DNA of 64,000 bases from Planctomycetota bacterium (GTDB lineage Bacteria; Planctomycetota; UBA8108; SXIK01): contig CBDCXR010000004.1 of assembly GCA_965223845.1 (NCBI GenBank), positions 32,001 through 96,000 on the forward strand, read 5' to 3'. How positions within the stretch are numbered: position 1 is the stretch's first letter; the number at the start of each line of letters is the position of its first letter. Under the pieces are notes generated by a model, which saw only the letters and a program-made list of their open reading frames with translations, was not told the DNA's origin and did not search any database. A program made the translations under genes and the position numbers. Shown here one piece after another: positions 20,291 through 30,347 of this stretch.

Positions 20291-21892
20291 ATGAACAAGA
20301 GATCCTTCGCTCTCTGCGCGCGAGTTGCTGTTGTTGCTGCGACCGCCGTCGGCGTAAGCCCGGCGCTCGAAGCCGGCAGCATCTTCATGAAGAACGGCTA
20401 CATCATTCAGGGCAACATCGTCGATCGCGACGAGGACGCGCTGATCCTGGGGTGGCCGAACGGCAAGGTCGCGATTGCGCACCGCTTTGTCGACTCGGTG
20501 ATCTACGAACCGGGCGAGGAGGAGCGTATCCAGAGGCTCGCGGAGGAGCGTCTCGCGAGTGCGGACGAGTCTGCGGAGACCGCGGAGCTGTCCGTTCTCT
20601 CGACGGAGGACGACACCGAGCTTCCGGCCAACCTCGAGAGCTTCATGCGCGAGTACAAGCTCGATCCGATTCGAAGCTTTACGCGCGAGGATCCGGAGCC
20701 GGATTCCGCGGTGGTGTCGATCGGCGGAGACGAGCTCGATCCCGAAGCCCACCTCGTTGAAGGTCCGCGGCTCGGAGAGCGACGTTCGTTCCCCCGGCTC
20801 GTCTGTACGGTTCAGCCGCCGCTCGGCTGGGAAGAGCGAGGGCAGGACGACTTCGTCGCGTTCTACGAGAGTGCGGACGACGCCGACGGCTTCCGGGCGA
20901 GCTTCAACATCGCTCGCGTCGAGCGGAACTCCGTTGAGCCCGGCGAGTTCGTCGAGCTCGTCAAGACCGAACAAGCGAGCCAGTTCACCGATTACGAGTT
21001 TCTCTTCGAATCGTCGGTCGAAGTCGGCGGCGAACCGGCCGTTCGCATCGCCGGCCGCGGCACTCACGGCGCGATCGCAGCGATGGTCGAGCAGACCGTC
21101 GTCGTGAAGGACGAGCACGTCTGGCTGGTCTCGGTCTTCACTCCCGTCGATGCTGACGAAGAGCGTACCGAGTCGGTGCGGAGTGCGCTGGACGCCGCGC
21201 TGGCGACCCTCGCGTTTGCGGACTCGGACGATGTCGAGACCTCCGAAGCGCCGGGCGACAACGAGTCGGAACTCGGAATCGATGACTCCTCTCCGTGGGG
21301 TGAGGTCGATTCGGGTTCGGACGCGGAGACGGAGTTCGGCGCGGGAAGCGACGAAGAGATGGTGACCGAGCCCGATTCCGTCGACTTCCCCGCGGACGAC
21401 GAGCAGCCGACCGAAGATTCCTCTCCGGCATCGCCCGAATCTTTCGAGATCGACCCCGTCACGGAAGACACCGAGGCGCCGATCGGAGAATTCGGGACCG
21501 AGCTCGAGGGCGAAGTCGAGCCCGCGGAACTGCCCGAGGTGGAGTTCGACAGCGAGACTCCTCCGGAAGTCTCCGGCGAGAGCGAATCGCTCCCCGAGGT
21601 CGAGTTCGATTTCGAGGGCGAGTCCGACGCTGCCGACGAAGATTCGTCTGTGGAGTTCGACTTCGAGAGCGAGTCCGACGCTGCCGACGAAGATTCGTCG
21701 ACAGAGCTCGAATTCGAGGTCGATGGGCCGCCCGAGCCCGCGGATTCCCCGGAGGTCGACTTCGACGCGAATGAGACGGAGTCGCTTCCCGAGGTCGAGA
21801 TCGAGTTCGACGACGCTTCCGAGTCGGTCGAGCTCCCCGAGGTCGAGTTCGAGCTCGAAGCGGCGGAGGCCGGATCCGGCTCCGCTGAGTAG
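20291..21892 (+). CDS. Secreted protein with central PsbP/DcrB-like region and acidic repeat tail
   Basis: Signal peptide, SIFMKNGYIIQGNIV domain, VQPPLGWE; C-terminal LPEVEF(D/E) repeats. Confidence 0.8.
   Translation: MNKRSFALCARVAVVAATAVGVSPALEAGSIFMKNGYIIQGNIVDRDEDALILGWPNGKVAIAHRFVDSVIYEPGEEERIQRLAEERLASADESAETAELSVLSTEDDTELPANLESFMREYKLDPIRSFTREDPEPDSAVVSIGGDELDPEAHLVEGPRLGERRSFPRLVCTVQPPLGWEERGQDDFVAFYESADDADGFRASFNIARVERNSVEPGEFVELVKTEQASQFTDYEFLFESSVEVGGEPAVRIAGRGTHGAIAAMVEQTVVVKDEHVWLVSVFTPVDADEERTESVRSALDAALATLAFADSDDVETSEAPGDNESELGIDDSSPWGEVDSGSDAETEFGAGSDEEMVTEPDSVDFPADDEQPTEDSSPASPESFEIDPVTEDTEAPIGEFGTELEGEVEPAELPEVEFDSETPPEVSGESESLPEVEFDFEGESDAADEDSSVEFDFESESDAADEDSSTELEFEVDGPPEPADSPEVDFDANETESLPEVEIEFDDASESVELPEVEFELEAAEAGSGSAE
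21599..21700 (+). repeat. Intragenic 51-bp tandem duplication (2 copies)
   Basis: Units 21599-21649 and 21650-21700 both encode VEFDFE(G/S)ESDAADEDSS. Confidence 0.9.
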
Positions 21893-21920
21893 CGCGGTTC
21901 CCCGCAGAATTCGAGAAAGC

Positions 21921-21960
21921 ACCGGGTGGTGCGTCCCGAGCGGACGGGCCACCCGGTTTT
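21921..21960 (+). terminator. Rho-independent terminator
   Basis: ACCGGGTGG...CCACCCGGT stem followed by a T run, 29 nt after the stop. Confidence 0.65.
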
Positions 21961-22237
21961 CGATGGCACCGCGGCGCGGGAATCGCCGCGCGGCTCGGAG
22001 AGCCAGGGAAGGCGATCATCCCGCCCTCCGACGGGCCGGACGCTGGCGGACTTCGAGACCCCGCGATTCCAGCGCGGCCTCGACATTCTCGATCGCCGGG
22101 CGGTCGCGAAGAGATTCGGGTCGGTCGCACCGCGGCGGCGCGGCCAAACTCGCGTTAAGGTTAATGACCGGGAGTGCCGATAAGTACCGGTGTCGACCGA
22201 TCTCTACCCGCTTCTCCGTGAGTTCCGCTCGCCCGCG

Positions 22238-22816
22238 ATGCGCACTTTTCCTCTCCTCGTCGCCGTCCTCATTTCCCTCGTCTTCGCGAACGGCTGCGCG
22301 CTCACGCGCTATCCGATCGACGCGTCGGCGGTCGAGCGCGCGCGGCACGGTCTGAGTCAGTCGGACGAGCGCGATCGGTACTACGCACTGGATGAGTGGG
22401 ACGACGACGATACGAAGGAGGAGCTTCCCGAGCGGGGCTCGGTGTTCGTCGGCGAGCTCCTCGCGATTTTTCCCGGCATGTTCGTCCATGGTCTCGGCCA
22501 TCTCTACGCTGGCGACAAGCAAACGTTTCGGCGGCTGAGCCGGATGGGCCAATTCGGATACTTGCTCCTCGGCGTCGGCGGCGGGACGATCGCCGGGGCG
22601 TATCTGATCGACGACAAGGAAGTCCTCGGCGACGACTTCAGCCAGCCGGTTGCCTACGGCCTCTACGCGACCGGCGGCGCGGCCGCCGGTGGGGGGCTCG
22701 TCTACTTTCTCTCCGCGTGGATCTACGACATCGTGGACACCCCTCGCGCCGTCCGCTCCCGCGGGCGGCCGCCGGCGCGGACTCCGTTCGTTGATTCACT
22801 CGACGTCTTCGACTAA
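22238..22816 (+). CDS. Putative membrane lipoprotein
   Basis: Lipobox-like ANGC; FPGMFVHGLGHLYAGD (TM2-like); Gly-rich hydrophobic segments. Confidence 0.75.
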   Translation: MRTFPLLVAVLISLVFANGCALTRYPIDASAVERARHGLSQSDERDRYYALDEWDDDDTKEELPERGSVFVGELLAIFPGMFVHGLGHLYAGDKQTFRRLSRMGQFGYLLLGVGGGTIAGAYLIDDKEVLGDDFSQPVAYGLYATGGAAAGGGLVYFLSAWIYDIVDTPRAVRSRGRPPARTPFVDSLDVFD

Positions 22817-23489
22817 CGGGCAGTCGGCGCGAACTCGACACCGTCGGGCAAGCGGGCCGGATGCACTCGCCCACCGCACTTGCGGAGTGGGCCGTGTTCG
22901 CACTCCGAATCCGGTGCGGAACGCAGGGTTCGCATCGCTCGCGATCCCCTCGAATTCCCCGCTCGGAAGAGCCCGGCGACCGGGCCGCCACGAGCGAGAA
23001 TTCCGGCCACTCCGGCCGGGGAATCCCGTACAATCGCTCCCGGTCTCGGGGGGCCGCCCCCTCAACCGCGGGTAACGGGTTAGGCTCCAGCTAGGTTTCT
23101 CCCCGATGTTCGGGTCTCGGCTCGTCCGGACGTGATCGAACACGCTCCGGATCGCCGCGCATTGGCTTCGCTACGGCGAATCGTGCGCGTGAGGTCGTTG
23201 GCTCTGCGGAGGGAAGAGTCCTCGCTGCATCGACTCGCGAAGCCTTCCACCGGTCGAATCCCTGTTGACCCAAGATTCCGGAGCGCCGACGCCGCGCTGA
23301 ACGAGCGCCGTCTCCTCGCCCCCGTGGCGGGCAACCGGCGTGGTCGAACGCGGAAACGCCGCTGGCTCCGGTCTCAACCTCTTCCGATTCCTCCGGCCGA
23401 TCCGTTCCCAATCACTAGAGTTCGCCGGCGGGTGCATCTACGCCTGCCGCGCGCGACGCACGAAACAGCCCCGTCAGACGAGGAGAGTC

Positions 23490-25643
23490 ATGGGGTCGAA
23501 TCGAGCGCGTGCCTCGAGCCGAGCGGCCGAGACGCGACGAAGGGAGACATCGCTCGTGAGTGCCCCGCGACAGAGCGGGGACGCTCAGCTAGCTTCCGAG
23601 GAAGCGCGAAGCACTTGCTCGAGAGCTAGCATCGTTCGGGGATGGAGCGCGTGCGCTCTCGCGCTCTCGTTCGCCGGCGCGGTCGCGACGGCCGCGGAGG
23701 AGTCGTGCGCCGGAGAGACCTGGCGATCGCGGCCCCTAGCGGCGGTCGCCGCGACCGAGCTCGCCCTTTCCGTCGATGCCGGCGGGAATCTGCACGCCGC
23801 TCTCACGGACGGCGAGGGGCTCGACGGAAAGCTCGTCGGACCGAGCAGCGGTCACGACTGGAGCCTCGCCGAGAGCGATGCCGTCTCGGCGCCGGCGCTC
23901 GTATCCGGCGCGCTCGGACGGACCCATCTCGCGTATTGTCGCGGTGCGGTCGGCGAAGGGCGGATCGTCGTGGCCTCGAACGCGGGTGGCTCCTTTCGCG
24001 AGGTGAGCGTGCTCGCCGCACCGGCGGGCGCGGACGATCGCGCGCCGGTCGTTCGCGTCGATGAACGCGGAACGCTCCACGTCGCATGGGAGCGAACGCT
24101 CGTCGACGGCACCGTCGAAGTTTGGCGCTGGGACTCGGCGACGGAAACGAATCGGCGGTTCGTCGAAGGCACGCGTCCGGCGTTCGCGTTCGACGAGCGG
24201 GGGCGCGGCCATTTCGTTTGGTTTCGCGGCGCGTCGATCGTTTACGCGCCGTCGTCCTCGCCCGCGGCGGACGAGGGCGAGGAGATCGTCGTCGACGCGA
24301 CCGTCGACCCCGGTCGCGCAGACATTGCCGTCGACGCAACCGACTCGATCGCGATCGGATACCGGAGCGGAGATGCGCTCTTCCTCGCGGTGCGCGACCC
24401 GGAGACGGGGGAGTTGGATCCCGAGCTGCTCGTTCCGGATGGAGTCGAGTGGTTCGCGCTGCGGACGTCGCGGGGAAGGGTCGTCGTCGCCTATCTGCGC
24501 GCGGGTGAGCTGCGCCTTTACGACGGCGAGTTCGGCGACCGGCGCGCGGAATTCGGCGGTGGCGGGATGACCGCTGCGGTGGCGGTCGACGGGACCGGTG
24601 GGGTTCACGCGCTCGTCACGAGGGACGACGAGATCCGCTACGGGACGAATGCGTGCGCGCCTCGCGCCGAGTTCTCGGCGGAGAGCATCTCGGGCTCGGC
24701 GCCGTTCGAAGTCGCGTTCAGCGCGGAGGCGAGCCCGGCCGTCGCGAGGTACGAATGGGACTTCGGGGACGGGAGCACCGGTTCGGGCGCGAGCCCCCGG
24801 CACGTCTACCGCGAGCCGGGGACGTACGACGTCGAGCTGCGCGTCTTCGGAATCGGCGGCAGTAAGGACACCCGTCGCCGCGGAGGTTACATCTCCGTCG
24901 ACCGTGCCCCGTTCCTCGTCTCGATCCCGTCTCAGATCGTCGCGCCCGGAGAGGAAGACATCTGGGTGCCGATCGAAGCCGATCACGCTGAGCCGATCCA
25001 GGGATTTCAGCTCGGCATCGAATTCGATCCCGCGGTGCTCATCTTCCGGTCCACCGATCTTCGCTACACCCGCGTCCAGAAGCTCGAGCCGGAGTTCTAC
25101 GCCGCCGAGGTCGTCGACGGACGGGTCCGGATCGGCTGCATCTTCGACTGGAGTCTCCCTTTCGACGGGCGCGAGCTAGCCGCGGGCGTGGGCCATCGTC
25201 TCGACCATCTCCGCTTCGACGTTCGGCCGGAGGTGCTGCCGGGCTCGACCACCGAAATCGCCTTTCTTCCGAACACGCCCGGTGTCGCCGAAAACGTGTT
25301 CGCCATCGAGAACGGGCTCTCCGTGCAGCCGGAACTCGGCCCGAGCTCGATTCGTTTCGTCGACGCTGACGCTTCGCCATCATTCCTTCGCGGCGATGCG
25401 GACTTGAGCGGCCGCGTCAACCTCAACGACGCGATCGTCATTCTCAAGTACCTCTTCGCGGGCGGTTTGACGCCGGACTGTCTCGACGCGTACGACGTAA
25501 ATGACGCCGGCGTCGTCGACGTCAGCTCGGCCATCAGCGTGCTCAACTTCTTGTTCTTGGGTCGAAACGCACCGCGCATGCCCTTTCCCCGTGCGGGGCG
25601 CGATCCGACGGATGATTCATTGGGGGAGTGTCGAACGCGGTAG
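23490..25643 (+). CDS. Surface protein: propeller-like repeats + PKD + cohesin-like + dockerin-like
   Basis: YEWDFGDG (PKD); IQGFQLGIEFDPAVL (cohesin-like); FLRGDADLSGRVNLNDA..CLDAYDVNDAGVVDVS (dockerin). AGGAG RBS at 23481; start uncertain. Confidence 0.85.
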   Translation: MGSNRARASSRAAETRRRETSLVSAPRQSGDAQLASEEARSTCSRASIVRGWSACALALSFAGAVATAAEESCAGETWRSRPLAAVAATELALSVDAGGNLHAALTDGEGLDGKLVGPSSGHDWSLAESDAVSAPALVSGALGRTHLAYCRGAVGEGRIVVASNAGGSFREVSVLAAPAGADDRAPVVRVDERGTLHVAWERTLVDGTVEVWRWDSATETNRRFVEGTRPAFAFDERGRGHFVWFRGASIVYAPSSSPAADEGEEIVVDATVDPGRADIAVDATDSIAIGYRSGDALFLAVRDPETGELDPELLVPDGVEWFALRTSRGRVVVAYLRAGELRLYDGEFGDRRAEFGGGGMTAAVAVDGTGGVHALVTRDDEIRYGTNACAPRAEFSAESISGSAPFEVAFSAEASPAVARYEWDFGDGSTGSGASPRHVYREPGTYDVELRVFGIGGSKDTRRRGGYISVDRAPFLVSIPSQIVAPGEEDIWVPIEADHAEPIQGFQLGIEFDPAVLIFRSTDLRYTRVQKLEPEFYAAEVVDGRVRIGCIFDWSLPFDGRELAAGVGHRLDHLRFDVRPEVLPGSTTEIAFLPNTPGVAENVFAIENGLSVQPELGPSSIRFVDADASPSFLRGDADLSGRVNLNDAIVILKYLFAGGLTPDCLDAYDVNDAGVVDVSSAISVLNFLFLGRNAPRMPFPRAGRDPTDDSLGECRTR

Positions 25644-25684
25644 CTCGCGCGGCTCGCGATCGACGCAGCTAGGAGAAACACCGG

Positions 25685-27772
25685 ATGAGTGGAAGCAACG
25701 CTCGTGCGAAACGAAGCGGGCGGCTGGCGGGTGTGTGGCTAGCTTTTTTCGTCGCCGCGGCGTTGAGTGCGGCGAGGGCGCAAGACGATCCGTGTGATGG
25801 AGCGTGGCAGGAGCGCGCGATCGAGATCGTCGGCGGACAGGCGACGCAGACCGCGCTCGCTCTCGACGTTTCGAACAATGCCTATCTCGCGAGCGTCGTC
25901 GGCGGACGCATCGTCGTCCATGTGATCAGTCCGCGCGACACCTTCGAGGTCCCGATCGTCCATCCGGAGGAGGGAGTCCAAGCCGACCCGTCGTTCGCGA
26001 CGAATGGGCTCGGCGTCACCTTTCTCGCCTACAGCCATCTCGGCGCGGACGAGCCTCACATCGGACGCGATATCATTCTCGCGCGGAACGGCGGGAACGG
26101 GTTTCAGTTCTTGCGCAACGTTTCCGACAATCGCCTCGACGATTACGCGGCGCAGCTCGCCCTCGGCGGCTCGGGTGAACCACACCTCGTCTGGGCGCAG
26201 CGAGTCGGTGACTCGACGCGCGTCCTCTACTGGACAGAAGCGATCGAGACGTCGAGCGTCGTCGCCACGGAGGGAAACTACCCGAGTCTCGCGATCGATC
26301 GCGACCAGCGCATCCACGTTGCGTTTTCTCGGGGGAACGACGTCGTCTACTCATCCGGGGACGGGAACGAGTTCTCGACTCCAGTCCCCGTCACGCAGTC
26401 GCTCTTGATTCCCGAATCGAGCGTCTCCGTCGCGGTCGATCGCGACGGTGCGGTCTTGATCGCCTACGAGAGCCACCACAGCCTCTACGTGTCGGTGGCG
26501 GCCGACGGCCGTCGTTTCGCTCCGCCTCGTCTTCTCGATGCCGGAGGGGTGCTCGACCCGCTGCTCCGTCTCAAGCGCGATGACCGGGTAGTCATCGGCT
26601 ACGCGAAGAACGGCGACTTCTACTCGATCCTCGGCAACTCGGCGTCGTTCGATCCGCCGATTCGACTGCAGGAATCGTCCGCGGTCGAGAGCTTCCCCAG
26701 CCTCGACCTCGATCTAAACGGCAGCCTCCACGGCGGCTACATCCGCGATTCGGTCGTCTACTACGGGAACAACGCTTGCGCGCCGACGATCGATTTCACC
26801 GCTACTCCGACGACCGGACGCGTTCCGCTCGAGGTCTCCTTCACGGATCTTTCGAGCGGGGGAATCGAGCGCTGGGAGTGGGACTTCGGTGACGGCAATC
26901 GCTCCGGCCTGAAGAATCCCGTTCACACCTACAACGACACGGGAGTCTTCGACGTCACTCTGCGCGCCTACGGCGCCGGTGGGGTCGTGAGCGAGCGCAC
27001 CATCGAAGGGCTCATCGCCGTTCAGAATCCACTTCACAGCATGCGCATCCCGGACCAGCAGGTCCTTCCCGGCGCCGAGGATGTCTGGTTCCCGGTAATC
27101 GCGACTTCCGTCGATAAGATCCAGGGGTTTCAAACCGCGGCGACGTACGACCCGAACTTTCTTACCTTGAACGGATACAACTTTTCGCTGACGGCGCTCG
27201 AGACGAATCGAATCGATCCGGACTTCGTTCAGCTCAACGACTTTGGAACCTATCTCGAGTTCGGTACCATCTTCGAGACACAGCAGCCGTTCGAAGATCT
27301 CAAGCTGCCTCCGATTCGTGAGCAGCGTCTCGTGCACTTCGTGTTCGATGTCCCGAACGGCGCTCCTCAGGGTGAGACGACTCGCGTTGAGCTGATCAAC
27401 AACGCGAAGATTACGCGGATCTTCAATATCTTCATCGTCGACGGGCGCAATCGCATCCCGGCGATCAAGGGGGCGAACGTCAAAGTGCGCGTCGTCGAGC
27501 CGCCCTTTCCGAGTCGCTTCGTCCGCGGCGACTTCAATTCCGACGGCACGGTGAACGTGGCCGATGGCATCGGGATCCTCAATTATCTGTTCCAGGGAAC
27601 GGTAGACCCCGAGTGCTTCGACGGCGCCGACTCGGACGATTCGGGCCGCGTCGACATCACCGATGCGATTCTGCTCCTCAACTTCCTTTTCGTCGGGACG
27701 GCGCCGCCGAGTGTGCCGTATCCGAACGACGGGCTCGATCCGACCGAGGACGAGCTCGGCGAGTGCTTTTGA
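25685..27772 (+). CDS. Paralogous surface protein: propeller-like + PKD + cohesin-like + dockerin-like
   Basis: Signal peptide; WEWDFGDG; IQGFQTAATYDPNFL; FVRGDFNSDGTVNVADG..CFDGADSDDSGRVDITDA. Confidence 0.88.
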   Translation: MSGSNARAKRSGRLAGVWLAFFVAAALSAARAQDDPCDGAWQERAIEIVGGQATQTALALDVSNNAYLASVVGGRIVVHVISPRDTFEVPIVHPEEGVQADPSFATNGLGVTFLAYSHLGADEPHIGRDIILARNGGNGFQFLRNVSDNRLDDYAAQLALGGSGEPHLVWAQRVGDSTRVLYWTEAIETSSVVATEGNYPSLAIDRDQRIHVAFSRGNDVVYSSGDGNEFSTPVPVTQSLLIPESSVSVAVDRDGAVLIAYESHHSLYVSVAADGRRFAPPRLLDAGGVLDPLLRLKRDDRVVIGYAKNGDFYSILGNSASFDPPIRLQESSAVESFPSLDLDLNGSLHGGYIRDSVVYYGNNACAPTIDFTATPTTGRVPLEVSFTDLSSGGIERWEWDFGDGNRSGLKNPVHTYNDTGVFDVTLRAYGAGGVVSERTIEGLIAVQNPLHSMRIPDQQVLPGAEDVWFPVIATSVDKIQGFQTAATYDPNFLTLNGYNFSLTALETNRIDPDFVQLNDFGTYLEFGTIFETQQPFEDLKLPPIREQRLVHFVFDVPNGAPQGETTRVELINNAKITRIFNIFIVDGRNRIPAIKGANVKVRVVEPPFPSRFVRGDFNSDGTVNVADGIGILNYLFQGTVDPECFDGADSDDSGRVDITDAILLLNFLFVGTAPPSVPYPNDGLDPTEDELGECF

Positions 27773-27862
27773 AACTCGCGCGGCGCACGTAGTCTGGACG
27801 GAACGCGTTGCCCGCTTCCGGGCCGGAACTTCCGTCGAGCCGTCTGCCGAAAGGGGGAAGTC

Positions 27863-28864
27863 ATGAGAGAGATATCGTTCGCACGCAGTCGCTGGTTCGT
27901 CGCCGGAGCGCTCTTCGCCCTCGTCGCTTGCGCGATCCTAGCGAGAGGATGGGAGCGGCTCGTCGGCGAGCCGGATCAGATCGCGAGAGTCGCAGACGCA
28001 GCGGCTCCACCGCCGGCGAATCTCGCGGACACCGGCGACGGCAAGCTCCGCATCATCGTCTTCGGAGCGCATCCCGACGACTGCGAGATCAAGGCGGGAG
28101 GCGTCGCCGCGAAGTGGGCGGCGCTCGGACACCACGTCAAGTTCGTCTCACTCACGAATGGTGACATCGGGCACTGGGCGATGGCGGGTGGGCCGCTCGC
28201 GCAGCGCCGGCTGCGCGAGGTCGAAGCCTGCGCCGAGATTCTCGGTATCGAGACGGAGGTTCTCGACATCCACGACGGCGAGCTGCTCCCGACGCTCGAA
28301 AATCGACGCGCGGTGACCCGTCTCATTCGGCGGTGGCGGGCCGACATCGTTCTCTGTCACCGTCCGAACGACTATCACCCGGACCACCGCAACGTAGGTG
28401 TCCTCGTGCAGGATGCCGCCTACATGGTGACGGTGCCGTTTTTCTGTCCCGATACGCCTCACCTCACCAGCAATCCCGTTTTCCTCTACCTCCTCGACGG
28501 CTTTCGCAAACCGAATCCCTTCAGCGCGGACATCGCCGTCGGAATCGACGACGTCGTCGAGAAGAAGCTCGCGTGCATGGCCGCTCTCGAGTCGCAGTTC
28601 TACGAAGGTGGCTGCAATGGCTCCGCCGCCCTCGTGCCGGCCGACGCAGCGGGAAGGGAGGCGCGGCGAACGCACGTTCGCGAGCGGTTCGCGATGCGGT
28701 TTGCCTCCTGGGCGGAGACGCACCGTGAGCGGCTCGCCGAGCGGTACGGCCGCGAACGCGCGAGCGAGATTCGTTACGCCGAAGCGTTCGAGATCTGCGA
28801 GTACGGTCGTCGACCGTCGGAAGCGGAGATCCGCCGACTCTTTCCGTTCTTTCCGGCGCAGTAG
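27863..28864 (+). CDS. PIG-L/LmbE family deacetylase
   Basis: FGAHPDDCE, TNGDIG, DYHPDH, YAEAFE. Confidence 0.92.
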   Translation: MREISFARSRWFVAGALFALVACAILARGWERLVGEPDQIARVADAAAPPPANLADTGDGKLRIIVFGAHPDDCEIKAGGVAAKWAALGHHVKFVSLTNGDIGHWAMAGGPLAQRRLREVEACAEILGIETEVLDIHDGELLPTLENRRAVTRLIRRWRADIVLCHRPNDYHPDHRNVGVLVQDAAYMVTVPFFCPDTPHLTSNPVFLYLLDGFRKPNPFSADIAVGIDDVVEKKLACMAALESQFYEGGCNGSAALVPADAAGREARRTHVRERFAMRFASWAETHRERLAERYGRERASEIRYAEAFEICEYGRRPSEAEIRRLFPFFPAQ

Positions 28865-28889
28865 ATGGCGCTCGCGCGGCATTCGGCGA

Positions 28890-30347
28890 TCACCGAGGCG
28901 AGCGGTTCGCCGCGCCTCGACCTTCGGCGGCGCGTGGGGGCGTGATCGGCGGGACGAGCTCGCGGAGCTTCGCCCAGTCGAACGCGATTTGGCGGAGGAT
29001 GCGCAAATAGGAGAGCCGAAGCTCGCGGTGGTCGCGCTGGATCGGAATGACTTCAGCGAGCGAAATCGCGCCCGCGGCGTACCGCCGATTCGTCGCGTCG
29101 ACGATCTCACCCGAACGGGGCATCAGCTCGTCGCGATAGATCGCCGCCGTTTCGAGTGCTTCGGCGAGCTTCCAGTAGAGGGAGCGCAGCGACGTCGCGA
29201 GCGTAGCCTCGGTCGCGCTGCGCGCAGCTCGCGCGGCTCGCGCGTCCGCTCGAGCCTCCGCCAAATCTCCCTGCCGGCGATCGAAGAGCGGCAGCTCGAT
29301 CCCGACGCCGATGTCGAAGGCTTCGTCGTTCGTTTCGCCGAGGTGACGGTAGAAGAAACCGAGCTCGAGATCGGGAATTCGCGCCGCCTCTGCGAGCTCG
29401 ATTCGCGCTTCGCTCACGTCGATCTCCGCGACCGCCGACTGGATGAGTGGGCTCGCCTCGACGGCTTTCAGTACGGCTCCGAGCTCGGGAAGCGAGAGAG
29501 ACTCGGCGAGCTCACCGTCGAGAGCGATCCCCTCGAGGGATGCGTCTCCGGCCCCGAATCCGCCGAGCGTGCCGACGAGCTCAACGAGCGCGCGCCGGTA
29601 CGACGTCTCGGCGCGGCGAAGCGAAAGGCGGGCGAAGGCCGCCTCGAGCTCGGCACGAGCTCCTTGGTCGCGGGCGACGTCGCCCGCCGCCACGCGATTC
29701 GCGGTGATCGAAGCCGCCTCGCGCGTTCCTTCGAGGAGCTCGCGCTCGATCGCGAGCGCATCGCGGGCGAAGAGAGCAGCAGCAAACGCTCCGCGAACGC
29801 TCCGTTCGACGTCACGCATCGAATGCGCGAGCTCGGCGAGGAGCTGACGGTGCCGCGCGTCCTCGACCGCCTCCGCTCGACTCAGTCGACCGGAGAGGGG
29901 AACGGTCTGGACGATTCCGATCGGGTACTCCGCGTCGCCCGCCGTCTTCCCGCGAAAGCGCGCGCCTTCGATCGTCGTCGAAAGCACCGGATTGGGCAGC
30001 GTTCCGACTTGAAGCTTCCGCCCGAGCGCGGCCTCGATGTGGGCTCGCGCACGAACGAGCTCGGGACGCCGATCGAACGCGATCGCCGCGGCTCGCTCGA
30101 GCGTCAGGGGGACGGCGAAGAGCTGTTCGTCGACCGCCGCGGTGGTGGAATCGTCCGCGACCGTGTCGTTCACCGCGGTCGTCACGTCGCCGCGAGCGAT
30201 GTCGTTTTGAGAATCCGTCGTCTCGCCCGACGATGGGGGGCGAAGCGGTTCTAATTCCGGCGGAAACGCGGTGCAGCCAGCGATCGCGAGCGCGCCGGCG
30301 ACGCCGAGCGGGAAGCGGAGCGGAGAGCCTCGTTGACGTCTGTTCAT
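28890..30347 (-). CDS. TolC/CzcC family outer-membrane efflux lipoprotein
   Basis: IAGC lipobox, LPNPVLS, IPDLELG, ELPLFDRRQG; ATG overlaps the upstream RND stop (ATGA). Confidence 0.9.
   Translation of the reverse strand: MNRRQRGSPLRFPLGVAGALAIAGCTAFPPELEPLRPPSSGETTDSQNDIARGDVTTAVNDTVADDSTTAAVDEQLFAVPLTLERAAAIAFDRRPELVRARAHIEAALGRKLQVGTLPNPVLSTTIEGARFRGKTAGDAEYPIGIVQTVPLSGRLSRAEAVEDARHRQLLAELAHSMRDVERSVRGAFAAALFARDALAIERELLEGTREAASITANRVAAGDVARDQGARAELEAAFARLSLRRAETSYRRALVELVGTLGGFGAGDASLEGIALDGELAESLSLPELGAVLKAVEASPLIQSAVAEIDVSEARIELAEAARIPDLELGFFYRHLGETNDEAFDIGVGIELPLFDRRQGDLAEARADARAARAARSATEATLATSLRSLYWKLAEALETAAIYRDELMPRSGEIVDATNRRYAAGAISLAEVIPIQRDHRELRLSYLRILRQIAFDWAKLRELVPPITPPRAAEGRGAANRSPR

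Noticed and set aside
21480-21860. CRISPR-like repeat array
   Set aside because: Repeats are in-frame coding units with no unique spacers; no cas genes or CRISPR array seen in the window.
22817-23489. Possible ncRNA or riboswitch in a long intergenic region
   Set aside because: GC-rich hairpins and a TACAAT are present, but I could not match a known RNA family by eye; an Rfam scan would decide.
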